Source: Lama glama
Taxonomy: Eukaryota
Length of the DNA: 64,000 nucleotides
NCBI GenBank assembly: GCA_028534125.1
Contig: CM052832.1
Location: 19,842,001 to 19,906,000, forward strand
Direction of reading: 5' to 3'
The notes beneath the pieces are model-generated. The model was not told where the DNA came from. It ran no database searches and saw only the letters and a list, made by a program, of their open reading frames with translations. Each line of letters starts with the position of its first letter. Within the stretch, counting starts at the first letter, position 1. Of this stretch, positions 27,201-40,569 are shown piece by piece. The position numbers and the translations under genes were made by a program.

Positions 27201-28099
27201 AGAGTTATCAGGGACAATGAATGGTGGATTATAATGTATTATGCAATGTGGAAATCACTGAGCTGGGGATGTCAGGCCCAGAGCAACAAGAAACCCACTC
27301 TACCAATAAGAGAATTGGCAGTTTTGTTTTGTGCCATCTCATTAAACGTGCACTCAGTTATAAACTACTGATGGTATACTTAGGTGATTTTATGATATAA
27401 CTCTTCGAAATTATTTGCACTTCTAAGGTCAGCCTTTTATGTCCAAGGGAGGGATTTTCTTATGCTGTAATTTGTACAAGTTAGTTTGGGGGCCAGCAGA
27501 TTTTCCTATTTGCTTCTCAGATCATACAAACTACTCCATTTGTATGTGATACATGTTGGGTGAACAAAAACAATACAACCTCACCAGTAATTTAGATAAC
27601 AAAGGAAATACCACTCATTAACATACACAATAATTATTCTTACTGCTCTTTTGTACCATTGCTCTCTTTTTTTCCCAAGAGTCCCACTGTGTTAAAACTT
27701 GTGCTGATTTTATAATTAAGGAATGTCTCACATGGGTTCAGGAACATCTTGACGCTCCCAAACCTCAAGTTTTTGTCAGAGTTGTTATTTTGAAAAATTT
27801 TCTTTTGGTGGGCACGGAACACAACTGAATTGCTACATAGGACATGGCCACACAGAATTTCAGTTTCAGTTGTTGCATAACCAAGGCAGATAGAAAGACG
27901 CAGCATCTGCTACACATTCTGGGTAAACATCCTGTAGCCTCTTAAGCAAATATAAATTCAAGGTGCCCTGTCCTTCTGCCAAGAACTTTGGCTGGCATCC
28001 AGGAATCATGGTGAATGATCTGCCCCTTCATGTTTATGGTGAATTGTTGAGGACATTTATGATGTTACCTTACTTTGTCTTGTTTACAAACGTGGTTCA

Positions 28100-28272
28100 T
28101 ATTGTGCACTGGGAAGATCCCTGAGCTGGGAATAAAGAACAGGTTCTAGTCATTGTTTTGTGTCTGTCCAGCAATGTAATCTCAAGTAGAACATTTCACC
28201 TTTCATGGTTCCTTTTCTCATCTATAAATCATGCAGTTGAACTAGATGTTCTCTGAGATGCCTTCCAGATTC
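28100..28272 (+). mobile_element. MIR3-like fragment
   Basis: ttttctcatctataaat...agttgaactagatgttctctgagatgccttccag. Confidence 0.6.
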
Positions 28273-30895
28273 TGCGAAGAGTTTTTCTTCATGGCAAAAC
28301 ATCCTTGTGACCTGGCACAGGGCCTGAGTACTCTGCTTAGACAAAGTCCTTCAAAACCTTAAGAAATAAGTTTGGACTTATGACGAAGCCACGTGGACTA
28401 AATAAGCCATGATAGTGACTTCAGTAAAGTACCAGTCTAGTAGACGTTCTCCCAGGGCACTACTGGGCATCCACCCACCCATCCCTCTACCTGTCCACTC
28501 TATCCAACATGTCTGGAGCTCTCACAGTGATGGAGATTCCTGCATTTGCTGTGTGAGAGGGAGGAATGTCAGGGATGGGCCGGGACGGTACATGGAAGGT
28601 CGTTTCTCTGTTCTTAAGATCAGAGCTCATCATCTCGTGAGGGGATAGACAGAAATAAGGGACTGACTGACAAACTTCCTGTTGTTGAGTTAAGAATATA
28701 GGATCAGAAACTGAAGGAGAGTAATGAAACTAAGAAGACTCAAAAGAAGAGTAGGCTCAGAATGCTAGGGAAAGATTCTTTTCAGTTGTTCACTTCCCCC
28801 ACCACAGTTAGAAAACTGCCTGAAATAAATTCATTTCATAATTGCAAGAAACTCATTAAGAAACGTAGATGATTAAATAGGTACTTTATAAATCAACTTA
28901 CAATGTAAACGTGAGCTCTTTAAGTACTGGATTATGACTGTTTTATTCACTGCTGCGTCCCCTACAACAGGGACACTCAACAAAGTAGGGGGCACTCAGT
29001 GACTACTTACTGAACGGCTGTTGGATGAAATTACTCGAACTAATACTGATTGAAGTGATGTAGTTTTCTTTATTAACTGTTAAATGTAAGACCTAATATG
29101 CTAAGTTGTGTGAAAGGAATGAGGCTGATTTGTGAATAGCAAGATTACAAGCTCACTCTTAGGAAGGGAATGATGAATGAGTTCAGGCTTTGACACTTTG
29201 CGTGGTCATGGAGATCTAACATTCCTATCTAAAACAGAATCTGCTAATCCTTGACCATGAGTACATTTACCAAAAAGCCCCTGCTACCCTATAAGAGCCC
29301 AGAGCAGTTGGAGGAGCTCTCTCAGTAGATGGCAGTCAGAGCCAGTGTGGCCAATTTTGAGCAAAAATCTAAGCAGCCTGAGAAATGAAGACGTAGCAGT
29401 TCACCCTATGGTAGGCCTTGAAAATTGCAGCAGTAGCCACAGAGCAAAGGGTGCTGAGTGTGTGGCTCTGTGACTGTCCATCATCCCAGCAATGAACCTT
29501 ATGCTGTCACCCAGAGAATAACAGCAGTAATGCGATAAAGATTGTACCAAGTACTGTAGCTTTTTTTTTTTGCAAACAATGGAGACCAATATACATTAGA
29601 GGTCCTTACATATTACTTATTTACAATAAGACATATTTTGGATGCAAACTATTACTTTTATGTAATTTTTACTGATGGGCCCTATTCTTTTGGTGAAGGA
29701 AATCACAGGCCTGGACCTTCTCAAGTGAAAATAATTTCAGCTTTTATAGGAGCAGTAGAGTCATTTGAAGCAATAGGAATGTCTTAATGACTCAAGACAT
29801 ATTTTTTAGTGTATTGGGGGCTGATGGAATGGCAGCCTGGTGAGATCTACGCAGGATAGAGTCAAGTGCTCAGAAGCTTTCAGAACATTTTGTGGCTTGA
29901 AGGGAAAAGCTTTCAAATCTTTTAAAATTGCTCTGCACTAAGACATTTCAGAACCTACTTCCCTTTCAAATTCAGCCATTAAAAATGGGAAGCGTTACAA
30001 TTGTTCCAAATGGCAGGGTGTGCAGAAGGTAAGACGAGAATTAGGGATATTAGAGTACTTTATACTGGTATGTGCTCCCTGGGGCAGTCACTCAGCTAAT
30101 CTACTGGCAATGATTCTAAAACTCTTCAGTTCCATGGTGTTAGCCAGGAATTGTGTGAGATCTCTTCATAGAAAAAAAAAATCTGAAGGAAATGATCTAG
30201 GAGAAAGAATGATTGAAGTACGATCAGATTCAAGCGCTAATACATCTGCTATGTTCATAGACAATTCACTAGTGAGCCTCTGAGTGAAGTTTGCTGAGGG
30301 AAGATGCAGCTCAGCCATCAGGAGTTAACACTTCACCACACCCACTCCCACATAAACTGACACTTGTTCAAGTTGCTGAATATGAACCTTTTCTTTCCTT
30401 CCAAGAGTGGACCAGTCCAACAAGCTAGGGAATAGTGTTTCACCTTGGTACATTTCTGTAGCTGATACTTCTAGTTGTCAGTCCAGAGCTGCATCATCTG
30501 CATGGACAGAACTTGGGTCCCCTCGTGGATGGACAGAGCCTGGGTGGCTGAAGGGCCTGTACCATAGATAATAAGTTATTCCAGTGTGCCCCCAAAATAA
30601 TATCATTTTTATGCTCCCATGACCTTCATTTCTTTTAGGAAGTACTGACCTCCCAGATATCTATTCTCCCCTTCTTCCTTAAGGTCATTCTGATTTTCCC
30701 TGAGGAAGTACTGTGCTCAATGAAAATATTTAATATCCTGGTTCCCTTGCGGCTAATGATGTCCAGGTGACATAGTCATTGACAATAAAATGTAGGCAGA
30801 AGAAGTGTGTCTAAGTGGACCTTCTGGGAAACCAAATTTCCTAGGGTATTAGGTTTCAAAATCCCTGGACCATCAGTATCAATATATCCTGAGTA

Positions 30896-31052
30896 GGGGG
30901 GTGAGTATAGTTCAGTGGTAGAGCACACGCTTAGCATGCACCAGGTCCTAGGTTCAATCCCCAGTACATCTATTAAAAATAAATAAAAATAAATAAATAA
31001 ACAAATAAATGTAGTGATGCACACAGACACACACACACACACACACACACAC
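30896..31052 (+). mobile_element. tRNA-Ala-derived camelid SINE (Vic-1-like) with A-rich tail and (AC)13
   Basis: A box TAGTTCAGTGG 30908-30918, anticodon-like CTTAGCA, B box GGTTCAATCC 30951-30960, AAAT tail. TSD atatatcctgagta 30882-30895 / atatctcctgagta 31053-31066 (13/14 identical). Confidence 0.92.
31020..31052. repeat. (AC)n microsatellite; pure (AC)13 at 31027-31052
   Basis: Read directly from the sequence. Confidence 0.95.
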
Positions 31053-31201
31053 ATATCTCCTGAGTATGCGTTAGAAATGCGAATTCTTTACATAGATATT
31101 TAACCAGAAATGGGGGGTGAGTCCCAGCAATCTTTGTATTATTAAGTGTTCAGATGATTTTTATGCCTGATAAAGTTTGTGAACAAATGTCTTAGACCTA
31201 G

Positions 31202-31400
31202 AGTAATGGATCTTAAAATGTGGTGAGAAAATTAGAGTCACCTGGGGTGACTGATGCTTGAGTACTATCCCCAGAAATTCTCCTTTAATTGGTCTGGGAT
31301 TGTGGGTTGAACCAATGCCAATCTCCTGGTTGCCCTCTAGTTTTGCAAATTGTCATCTTCTGCTCCATGGGTGATTCTATAGCTTGTAAAGTTTGAAAGA
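31202..31400 (+). mobile_element. MER5-family MITE
   Basis: ttagagtcacctgggg...ccccagaaattctcctttaattggtctggg...ggtgattcta...aagtttga. Confidence 0.6.
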
Positions 31401-32487
31401 GCCTAGTCCCCTAATGGTACATTCCACACTGTTCAGTTACTCAGTGATGGAGAAGATTGAAACCGTGTCTGCATTTCTGCTTCTATTGACTTATTGTTGA
31501 AAGCCTCACTTTAAAAGTAACAAGGAGAGCAAAGCCAAGAATCTTGTGTGTTTCCTTTTATCCATATCCCCACCCCAAGTTGTCCTAGAAAATGAAAAGT
31601 GGGTTAGATCCCAAAGGTACTGAAGAACTTTAAGGATGGTGGCAATGATAATACAGTGATGGAGCAATAAAAGAAACTTTGCCTTATGTTCACTGCAGGA
31701 TCCTTGAGTAAAGGAGGCAATAGTTTTTACATATGTTAATGTGGTCCCTTCCCAGCATTCTCAGGAGGTTCTTAGGAGGCCTCCAGCCAAGGCTGGCAAT
31801 GGATTTGCCCCAGCTTGAGGTATGCTAAGTAAGCAAAGTCAGTAGTTTAGACTTGGGGCACTGTGGTTTGTGGCGGTCCAAGTTTACTTGTTTATGGCCT
31901 CGAGGCTGTCCTAAATTGTTGGAGAAGGCAGCCAAAATGGGCACACATGGTTGAAGTAGGAATCTGAGCAGTGTTTAAAAACTAGGTTGTGGTGAATGAG
32001 CAAGACTGGGTGGAGTGGATGCGTTTAGTAAAAACACACATTAACAGTTGATGGTGGTTTTGCTTCCTAGTCGGGGTGAGCAGGCACAACTCAGGATAAT
32101 GCTCAGAGAGAGAATTCAGGACATACACGGCTCAGTCTCTGGAGGTAACATAGCTGAACTGAAAAGCAATTTACTTGAATTCAGTTTGGTAAACGTGTGG
32201 AAGTTTACTCACCCTAAGTCCCCTTGGCTACAGAGAATTGTAGCAAGTTAATGTTTAGTTAGGGCAACTTTTCAAACTTGAAAGGCATACACACCAGTTT
32301 TAAAGGACAAACAAAACCCTTTATTATTTTCAGTAGTGACATAAGAGAGTTTAAAAGTATTTTTATTTATAAACAAAGAAAATCAACAACCTGACATTAA
32401 AATTGTCATCAGATTAATACAATAAATGATGTTTGCAGGAGGAAAGAAAATCATTTTCAACCACCAAGCTATGTTGTATTGATTCAT

Positions 32488-32740
32488 GTGTTAGTCTGGG
32501 TCTTCTGAAGAGCAGAAGCCAAGATGAGCATGAAAGAATTTTATTAAGAGAAACACCTGTGAGAAGAAACGGGGAGAGAGCCAGGAAGCATGATGGAAGT
32601 TTGAAGGAAGAATGGAAGTTCTAGTTTGCTGGGAGGTGAAGGAAGTGTTTTCGAAGCCATTGGAGATTCTATGAGCTAAAGTCAGTCATCAGAGAATTCC
32701 TGATGTTTCAGGAAAGAACACGCTCTACTATCCCTGCTAG
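32488..32740 (-). mobile_element. ERV-L-class LTR fragment (LTR16/LTR40-like)
   Basis: tgttagtctgggtcttctgaagagcagaagccaagatg...ttttattaagagaaacacctgtgaga...ggggagagagccagg is an antisense ERV-L LTR 3' end. Confidence 0.6.
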
Positions 32741-33614
32741 GATTTTTCTTGCATACTTTTGCACTCACTAGTAACAGACACTAACAAGTTAGTACATAGA
32801 TGGGTTACATTCAATAGAACTAATAACTGCTAACAAACAGGATCTTTTGAGATAGAGGTGCCTGTTTAACCATGAAATGTTCAATGATTCAGTACTCCTC
32901 CACTTTCATATATTATGAAATATTATTGGTACAACATGTTCATAAGGTCATTTGGACTTCACTTGGCAAAATTTCTTCATTTTCATATTAAATCTTTGTC
33001 TGTTTCTTTCTCGGTTGCCAGGAACGATTAAAGAGCAATATATTTACTGTGCTGCTGTTCTTGTGATTACAAGTTTAATTTTTTTAAAAAAGTCATTTGT
33101 TAAACTACAGTGTTGTTTCCATGAAAACTTTTTTTTTTAAGTTGTGAATGACTAACTCAAAAGAAGTTTCATTTCTGCAACTGGAAAAGTAACTCAACAT
33201 AAGTAAATGGCTGTATTTATACAATTGTCATTTTTATAACAGAACAGAGCAGCCTAATGACAGCCAGTTACATTTACCAGTGCACGAAAAGTTAAATATC
33301 ATCATGTTCATAGATCATTTGTCACAAATAGAAGTATAAATACAAATACAACGGCAGTGCTGCATTCATGCCATGCTGTGGGATGATTCACAGCGAAGAT
33401 TCTCACTCCTGGCTGCCGAATAGAATCAAGGAACTTCTAATACATCTGTCAGCACCTGGATGTCACCCTTCAAAGATTCTGATCCAACTGGAGCTGAGTA
33501 TTTATGTGTTTTAAATGAAAACAACCCATACATTTATAGTGAGTTTTTGGATTATCTTAAAAATGAGAAAATGATTATCATAGGGAGCTTTTGTATATTT
33601 TAAAATCCGATCGT

Positions 33615-34380
33615 GGGAGTACAGCTACCTTGGAAGACACGTTAGCAATGTCTTACAAAACTAAACATGCTCTTAACGTATGATCTAGGAATAGTGCTCC
33701 TTGGTGCTTACCTAAAGTGAATTGAAAACTTAATGTCCACACAAAAGCCTGCATGCAGACATTTATAGCTGCATTATTCATAATTGCCAAAACTTAGAAA
33801 TAACTAAGATGTCCTACAGTAGAAGAATGGATAAATAAACTGTGGTACATCCAGACAATACACTATTATTCAGTGCTAAAAAGAAATGAGCGATTAAGCC
33901 ACAAAAAGACATGAAGAAACCTTAAATGTATATTACTAAGTGAAAGAAGTCAACCTGAAAAAGCTACATACTGTATAATTCCAACTATATTTCATTCTGA
34001 AGGGCAAAACTGCAGAGACAGTAAAAACATTAGTGGTCATTAGTGGTTAGGGGAGGAATGAATAGGCGTAACACAGAGGATTTTTAGACAGTGAACCTCT
34101 TCTGCACTGTACTATAGTGGTGGATATATTTCATTATGCATTGGTTCAAACTCATAAAATGTATAACATCAAGAAAGAACCTTAATGTAAAGTATGACTT
34201 TAGGTGATAATGATGTGTCATTGTAGACTCATTGATTGTAGCAAATGTACCACTGTGGTATGGGATGGCAATAGTTGGGGAGGTTTGCATGTATGGGGGA
34301 AATCTCTATACATTCTGCTCAATTTTGCTGTGAACCTAAAACTACTCTAAAAGGTAAAGTTAGTTAGTCAAAAAAAAAAT
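33615..34380 (+). mobile_element. L1 (L1MC-type) 3' end
   Basis: gtacagctaccttggaagac...tatgatctagg...gaatggataaataaactgtggtacatccagacaa...ctgctcaattttgctgtgaacctaaaactactctaaaa followed by an A-run. Confidence 0.92.
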
Positions 34381-34999
34381 ATGATCATGAATCTAACACT
34401 GGATTAGGGTAAATGAATGATGGTTTAATTTAGGAATAAAAATTTGTTGTAAATACTTTTGTTTCTAGTTTTTCTTTCTAATCTAAAATTTAGATTATTT
34501 TTAGAATGTTTAAAGTGTTTAAGGCAATTCACTGTGGCTAAAACTTCATAATGATGCAACAGAAGAATTTGTTTGAATTCAAGAACACAACACGTCTTAG
34601 GCAAAAGAATGCCAGGGCTTTAGTGATATTGGCAATTGGTCAGCCTGTCCCCAAGCAGATTAGTAGCTGATATCAAGTAGTTGCATCAATGGAATTTGTA
34701 CAACAGAAAAATTTAGTAGCAAAGGATTGGTCATCATTTCAGCTAAGGAAGCTGGAAAATTTATAAACCTGAAAACTGGTTAGTTTCCTTCAAGACTGGC
34801 TGTTGAAATACATTTGTTTATTCACACCTACCAGGCAAATAGACAACTTCCCCAAATTAATTAGAACCACTGAAAAATAAAACTTTAATAGTATAAAGTT
34901 GGATGTGTAGTTTTCTTTTTATTTAAATAGAATTTTGATTAAACGTTATCTCAAAGAATAGCTTGCTAGATTAAATTGATAGCTTGATAGAATTTAAAA

Positions 35000-35190
35000 G
35001 TCAGTGGCTTTGGACTCTTATAGACCTGGATGCTAATTGTGGCTTTACCTGTTACTAGCTTTGTAGTCCAGGAATGAAATTAACCTCTTTTGACCTCAGG
35101 TTTTCAAACTGAAATGCAGAAGACAGTTACAACGCAAAGACTTTTATCGAAGTTAGGAGATATAATGTTGTAAAGCAACTGGCATAAAAG
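35000..35190 (+). mobile_element. MIR fragment
   Basis: ggctttggactc...agacctggatgctaatt...cctgttactagctttgt...ttaacctcttttgacctcagg. Confidence 0.6.
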
Positions 35191-35199
35191 TCTGTATTT

Positions 35200-35650
35200 C
35201 ATGACCTTGATTCCTTGGGAGAGGACTTGACAAGTTATTTTTTCAAATGTCCCTCAATTTAGGTAAGATGGATATTTTCTTCTGATTGGTCTGAGCTTAT
35301 GCAGTTTTCTCAAAAAAAGAGCACAAAAATGATAATGGTGTCCTTTGCCGTACATCTTATCAAGGGATACATGATGTCTACATACACTGCTGATGATGTT
35401 TACAACTAAATACAATATGGGATACGGGAACAGAAAAAGGACATTAGGGGAAAATTAGTGAAATTTGAATAATATTTATAATTAGTTAAATACGTTATAT
35501 TAGCATTCATTTCCTTTTCTTAATAATTTGATATGGTTATATAAGATTTTAACATAAGGTGAAATAGATTAAAGGATGTACAAGATCTAATTGTACTATT
35601 TTTGCAATTTTTCTGAATTCTAAAATGATTTCAAAATAAAAAGTTTTAAA
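35200..35650. mobile_element. Old L1 3'-UTR fragments (about 35200-35400 antisense, 35400-35650 sense)
   Basis: tcatgaccttga...gtccctcaattt is an antisense L1MC4-like UTR. caactaaatacaatatgggatac..gaacagaaaaaggacattag...tgtactatttttgcaatttttctg...aaaataaaaag is the sense 3' end. Confidence 0.65.
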
Positions 35651-36899
35651 CAATGCAAAAAAAATAACAAGATGAAGAAGGAAGATGATTGAGGGGCCTG
35701 ATAATCTATCAGTGAGCAATAAATTTCTATCTAACCAAATGTTGGTTGAAATTTCTCAATATACATGCTTAGCATTTTCCACTACACTAGATAAAAGCTG
35801 GCCATATGAAATATAGGAATACAACATTTGCTATCTCTGGGTAAAATGTTTAAAAAACAGTTTGATAAATAACTAAACATATTCCATTCCCATCTCCAAA
35901 ACTAAAAATTTGATTACAGTAGGATTTCTTTTTTTCAGATTTTCAAATATACTGTGAGATTACTTGTTCAGAGTTTAATGCTATGACAGTTTCAAAGTCT
36001 ATATGGCTGTCCTCCAAATGAACTAAAAAATAATTTTAAACAGTTCATCTCCCTTTCCCAACATTCTCTTAGAGATTTTCTTTTGTAATATGATTCTTCT
36101 TTTGTAATGTGACTCTGGACCAACTCAATTCCATCTTAAAATCAGCAGAGTTTCAAGCAAATAGTGTAAGATTAAATCACTTTTTTTTTTTAAGGCAGCT
36201 GGAGTTTATTAAGTTGAAAGATTCTGAAGGCTTGCCTCAGTGTTTTTAGAGATTTGCATTTGAAAATAACTTAGGGAAAAAAGAATATTTTTTTGTTTAA
36301 AAAATGTGTTGCCATTGATATTAAAACAAATGTTAAAAATAGACAAAGAGCCTTGTTTACCATTTGTGAGTTGTTTGTGGCTTTTTTTTTTTTAATGCTA
36401 TTACTAAGTTTATGTTGCTGCTTTTTATATGAACTGTTTGAATTAAAGCAGCTGTTTTTGCTGGGACAATATGCCAATTTTGCTAGAAACTTTGAGGACA
36501 TGATTTAAATAAATTCGTCTAAGATGTTGCAGAAGATCTATCTAGGCTAAATTAAATAGGCCCTATAGTACCCAAGATCCCCCTGTAGCTTCAATAAATG
36601 TCATTTATGGATAGATAGCATCAACATTTGTATATTCAAAAAAAAGTCCTGTCCATGTGGATGAATGTGATTAAAAAGCACTAAACAGGAAGCCCAGAGT
36701 TTCTTTTTTCTTTTCTTCACATAGACATACTTGATTTCTCTCATTTTTTCAGACCACACTTCAATGATTTTTCAAGTTTTAAAGAATGTACTATTTTGTT
36801 ATCTCTATGATTGTCCATTTGTCATTGAATTAATTATGGCCCTCATCATTCATTAATTCATTCAAAGATTATTTATTCAGTACCAATTATTGTTCAGCC

Positions 36900-37270
36900 T
36901 TTTCTAGAGGAATTCTTTCTAAAATGGAAGATTGTTCCTGCCTCTCTCTCATTAACATCTTTCAATGAGTCTCTAATTTTCAAGAGAAAGCCCAACCTCT
37001 AATATAGCAGTACGGCTCCTAACAGCCTGGTGTTGCTGGTAATCAATACATACCCTCCCCGCTCCCTGCCACACACACACATTCACATACAGCATTGCTA
37101 TGGTTCAAGACATATCAGATTCCCTGCCTTTCATGTGACCATATCCTGTATGAAATTCTTCACCACAAAAGCCAGATGTCTTTTGCACATTCTTCAATAT
37201 CAGCTTAAGGGCCACTTTCTCTGGGAATTGCTGCCCAGTAAGTGCTTGTAGAATAGAAGAATAAATAAAA
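36900..37270 (+). mobile_element. L2 fragment
   Basis: ttcttcaatatcagcttaagggccactttctctgggaa...cagtaagtgcttgtagaatagaagaataaa. Confidence 0.55.
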
Positions 37271-40029
37271 GAAGAGATAAAGTAATAAATGAGTTCCAGA
37301 TTCTGTTTCTGATCTGGTCTGGAGGGCTTTCTAGAGACTTTGATCCTGAGGGGAATGTCTAGAGCAAGAATGGTAGATGGAGTAGTGTGTTGAAACTTCT
37401 GGTTTCTATCTTTAATTTGGTCAGTTTCTAGAATGCCAAGAGACATGTGGTTTTTTTTGTTTTTGTTTTTGTTGTTTTCTCTCTTTGGGGCAGTGAAGAT
37501 GCTAGCTTTCTCAAACTCAAGAAAGCTGCTAACTGAGAGCAAGCCATATTGGACTTGCTTTGAGATATTCTGGAATCCTTATTCAATCAAGAGTCTATTC
37601 CCTGTTCTTACCTCACTAACATGCATACCTTCACCAAAGTGAAGAAAAATCATTCAAAAGATAGAATACTCTGTCCAATCAAGAATATTTCAGTACTAAA
37701 GAAGAAATCCTTCTAGAGAATTTTTAACGAAGAGCTCAGAGTAATTCTTGAGCATTGAGTAAGCTCTTCATTGAGGCCAGTCTTTTTCCATTATCACATG
37801 CTGAGTTTTAATAAAGACCATTGGAGGCTTCCCTCAGACCTATCGCAGAGTCGACCCATGGTTATTCTCAAGAATTACCAGCCCTTGGCAGCGGAGGTTG
37901 GATGCCCTCTTACTTACCTGAATGTATTGTTGTCAAGTAGGTTTCGCTACATTCTGTCTCAAATTTACTCCCCTACAAAGGTTTCCTCTTTTTTTTTTTA
38001 ATAGTAACAATTTCTTTTCCCCTAAAAAAAGTAAAAACATCCTTTTCCCTTCAGCAGCAATGAGGAAGCCCATTCTGTACTCAGTAACTGATAGCCCCTG
38101 GCAGTTATAACATAACATAGTTATGTTAGTATAATTATAACATAGTTGTTACCATTGATTTTTTGCTGTTTACATAGTAATGGGGTCCCAAGTATGCTCC
38201 TATCTTAATTTACATATATTTTCTACTTTTGCTAATAATCTCTAAATATCTTGAAAGAAATACTTATATTTGAGGCAACAATTTATCCTGCACAGCACCT
38301 TGCCCTATATTTTACAAGTAGAAATAAATAAATATGAGCTAAGCTACTGTTGGAATGAAATAAAACTCATATTCATGTTTTAGGGAGTAGAGAGTACAAT
38401 ATGACTTTCTGTAGCTTTTTCTATAGTAAAACTTCACTCCATGTTGGTCTCAACATTATATCAACATTGAGAAAAATGTTAGTTCCCTTCCTTGGTCATA
38501 GCCATAAACTATAACAGAATAAAGAAATAATCTTAGGTTCTATTGGAGAGTATCACTAAAATATATTTTAGTATTAATCATTTATTAATTTATTAAGAAA
38601 TCAATATCCTTACATTAAAAAGTTTCAGCATTCATAATTATTTTGATTTCAGTAACTTTGTGTATTTATTTGGGGAATGGAGTACTTAGGAACATTATCA
38701 GGGTTGAAGTTGGTCTTTTGAACTTGTGTTAGCTTTCAAATGGTGTTGGAAACACACTTTGCAGTTAACTCTATTTCCTTTTGTGGTTTGATCATTTAAT
38801 TCAAATTAATAGCTTCCATTTGGTCTGTGGAAAAAAATGTTATTTCTTATTGTGCAGTAGAATATATAGAGCATTTGCTATTTATCCAGCATTTTAAAAA
38901 CAACAATTAGCATCTTAAGCAGTTTTCTGAAACTTAATAATACAAACCCCCAGAATTAATGGAAATGATAAGAAATGATTACATGGGTGGAAATAACTGC
39001 TTTTTTTCCTGAATCAAGGATATTTGAAACCCTAGAAGTATTCACTAAAAGCCAAATCATTGCCCTTTCCTGTGTTGTTTTCGAAAGGTAATACTAATGT
39101 TTGACTGAGATGGTAAAAGCAAATCAAATCCTATCAGATAGCATTGTGTGGAAAGCTTTGGATACCCGTTTGTTTAGCTTAGCCACTTTCATTCTGGAGA
39201 AAGCCTTGGACTAGACACCCACAGATCTGAACTCTCAGCTTATCTCTGTGTTATTCTCTGAATTCATCTTGTACTTTTTCCATGTATTCACAGTCTAACA
39301 TGCATGATTATATGTGTCTGGCCCATAATTGAACCTTAGCCAATGTTTGTTGACTAGATTAATTAATCCTTAATGCGACTTTGACCAAAATTTCCTCATC
39401 TCTAAAATCAAATCTAGTGATGTTCAAATTCCCTTGTAGCTCTATGATTCTAAAGTAAGCCCTTTCCCAAGTTGCTACGAGTATAAATCTCGAAGTATTT
39501 CAAAGTAGTGCGAAGTAGGCTACTTTTTTGTTATCATTTAAGGTGTACATTCACTTTACATCAGCGGCAATTCATCTTTCTAATTTTGTTCTAAACTTGT
39601 TTCCTGCCCACCACTACACACTACAAAACTACCAGGAACATTCTGTCTATAACAGCTCTTTTACAACAAGATTTGTTGAGGTTTAAACAATTCTTCTTTT
39701 GGTTTAAGGGAAAAAACTAGTGAACTAATTAATGTTCATGTAAAGTAAGATCATGATGGTAGAAGTGATCTTTAAAAACTTTCTGATTTTCTTTTTAACT
39801 GTTGACAAGCCCTTTATCCCACCATCAGGGAAATACAGGGACATGCACAGAGCCTGTATTTCCCAATTCTCTTTGTCTCAAATTAGTGTCTTCAGTGAAC
39901 TTAAGGAGGGGGATCTTTAAATTGTCAAATTGTGCTGGAAACAATGTGAGTTAAACTTCCTTTTACTGAGATTAGATGTTTAATCACTTGCTAGGAAAAT
40001 ATCAGGGCAACGTAAGCTGTCAGTTAAAT

Positions 40030-40272
40030 ACAGACCCTGTCAATACAGCCTACCTGAGTGTAAATTTCTGCTTCTCTCCTACCCAGTGATCTTGGGCCTG
40101 GGCTCTCTATACTTCAGTTTTCTCATCTCTAAAATTGAGTCAATAATAGTATATGCCTATTTGTGATCTTATTTGTGGATTCGATAAATCGATACATATA
40201 AAGCATTTAGAACACTACCTGACAAATCAAAGTACACAATGGGAATTAACTGTCATTATTATTGTCATTATT
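40030..40272 (+). mobile_element. MIR SINE
   Basis: cctacctgagtgtaaatt...gtgatcttgggc...cttcagttttctcatctctaaaattgag...aaagcatttagaacactacctgaca. Confidence 0.8.
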
Positions 40273-40569
40273 TTGAAAGGAGAGTTTTGAAATAATCTTT
40301 ATTAGGCACAATACCAATACACTAACCTATCCAGCATTGCCCAGCATTGAGTTTTAAATATTTGTTCTTTGATATTATATTACAATATTGATAGCATGTA
40401 AAAATCAATAAAGTATCCTTCTTTAAGAAATGGCCAGGTAACTTTCATTGGTCCAATTCTCTCACAGATATTTTTAATAGTAACCCAAAGAGTAAATATT
40501 TAAAACCCAGTAGTGGGCAGGCAGTGCTTGGCAGGACAGTGTATTGATGTTGTTGGTATTGGTATGTTG

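Larger units (their letters stand above)
30850..31190 (+). mobile_element. MER5A (hAT-Charlie MITE) interrupted by a Vic-1 SINE
   Basis: ccctggaccatcagtatcaat..cctgag|tgcgttagaaatgcgaattct...cccagcaatctttgtatt...gatgatttttatgc...aagtttgtgaac is collinear with MER5A once the SINE is removed. Confidence 0.75.

Noticed and set aside
30896..30970. Functional tRNA-Ala(AGC) gene (also 55090-55164)
   Set aside because: The acceptor stems do not pair properly, and both copies have A-rich tails and target-site duplications, so they are SINEs.
32270..34870. One large hAT/Charlie element hosting the LTR and L1 insertions
   Set aside because: The right end agaaccactg is Charlie-like, but I could not find a matching left TIR or transposase motifs.
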